NCBI GenBank assembly: GCA_964016885.1
Contig: OZ024741.1
Coordinates: 219,728,001-219,792,000 of the forward strand
Direction: 5' to 3'
DNA length: 64,000 nucleotides
Source: Eledone cirrhosa
Lineage: Eukaryota
Each line of letters starts with the position of its first letter. The first letter of the stretch is position 1. The position numbers and the translations under genes are program-made. Of this stretch, positions 63,755 through 64,000 are shown one piece after another. Below the pieces are notes generated by a model. It saw only the letters and a list, made by a program, of their open reading frames with translations. It was not told the origin of the DNA and ran no database searches.

Positions 63755-64000
63755 CACTTACTTACTTCTACTTGTACTTGTGTCGACACTCATCCTGGAC
63801 GGGTTGAGCCGGCTTCTTTCCTTGTCTTGACGGCATCCCGAACCATGGCAGCCCACGCACGACGGTCCCGGGCTAGGTCACTGGAGATAGCGAGCCAATC
63901 ACGGTTCCATCGGCGCAGGCCGACCACCTGTGGACCTGAGAGTTCGGAGAGGTCCTCCTTGATCGTCGTTGCCCAGGTCTTCAGCTGACCGCCAACGCAC
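63755..64000 (-). mobile_element. 3' end of an RTE-like LINE running off the window
   Basis: GGQLKTWATTIKEDL..DLARDRRAWAAMV; short aagt-repeat tail. Confidence 0.75.

Overview
AT-rich, (TA)n-dense animal genomic DNA. The SINE and repeat landscape resembles an octopod cephalopod (inference). The window is almost all intron of one minus-strand gene: five GT-AG exons splice in frame into a Cys-rich/EMI-like end, an EGF repeat and a von Willebrand D domain (SCO-spondin/otogelin/hemolectin-like). The introns hold Penelope-like elements (PLEs), RTE, Tx1-like, Dong/R4 and CR1-group LINEs, a hAT transposon, MITEs and SINEs. The unannotated signal is a dense population of type I hammerhead ribozymes (HHRs), about 30 motifs read by eye. 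It includes a 13-unit, 310-bp tandem array at 9274-13300 with one minimal HHR per unit (a non-LTR retrozyme-like array) fused directly to a PLE reverse transcriptase, two more HHR repeat families with an octamer upstream of the ribozyme, and three unrelated families with the compensatory U3-A8 core. A ~4-kb inverted duplication (1737-5765 / 51770-55915) brackets four host exons. All structures were paired by hand; no folding or database search was run.
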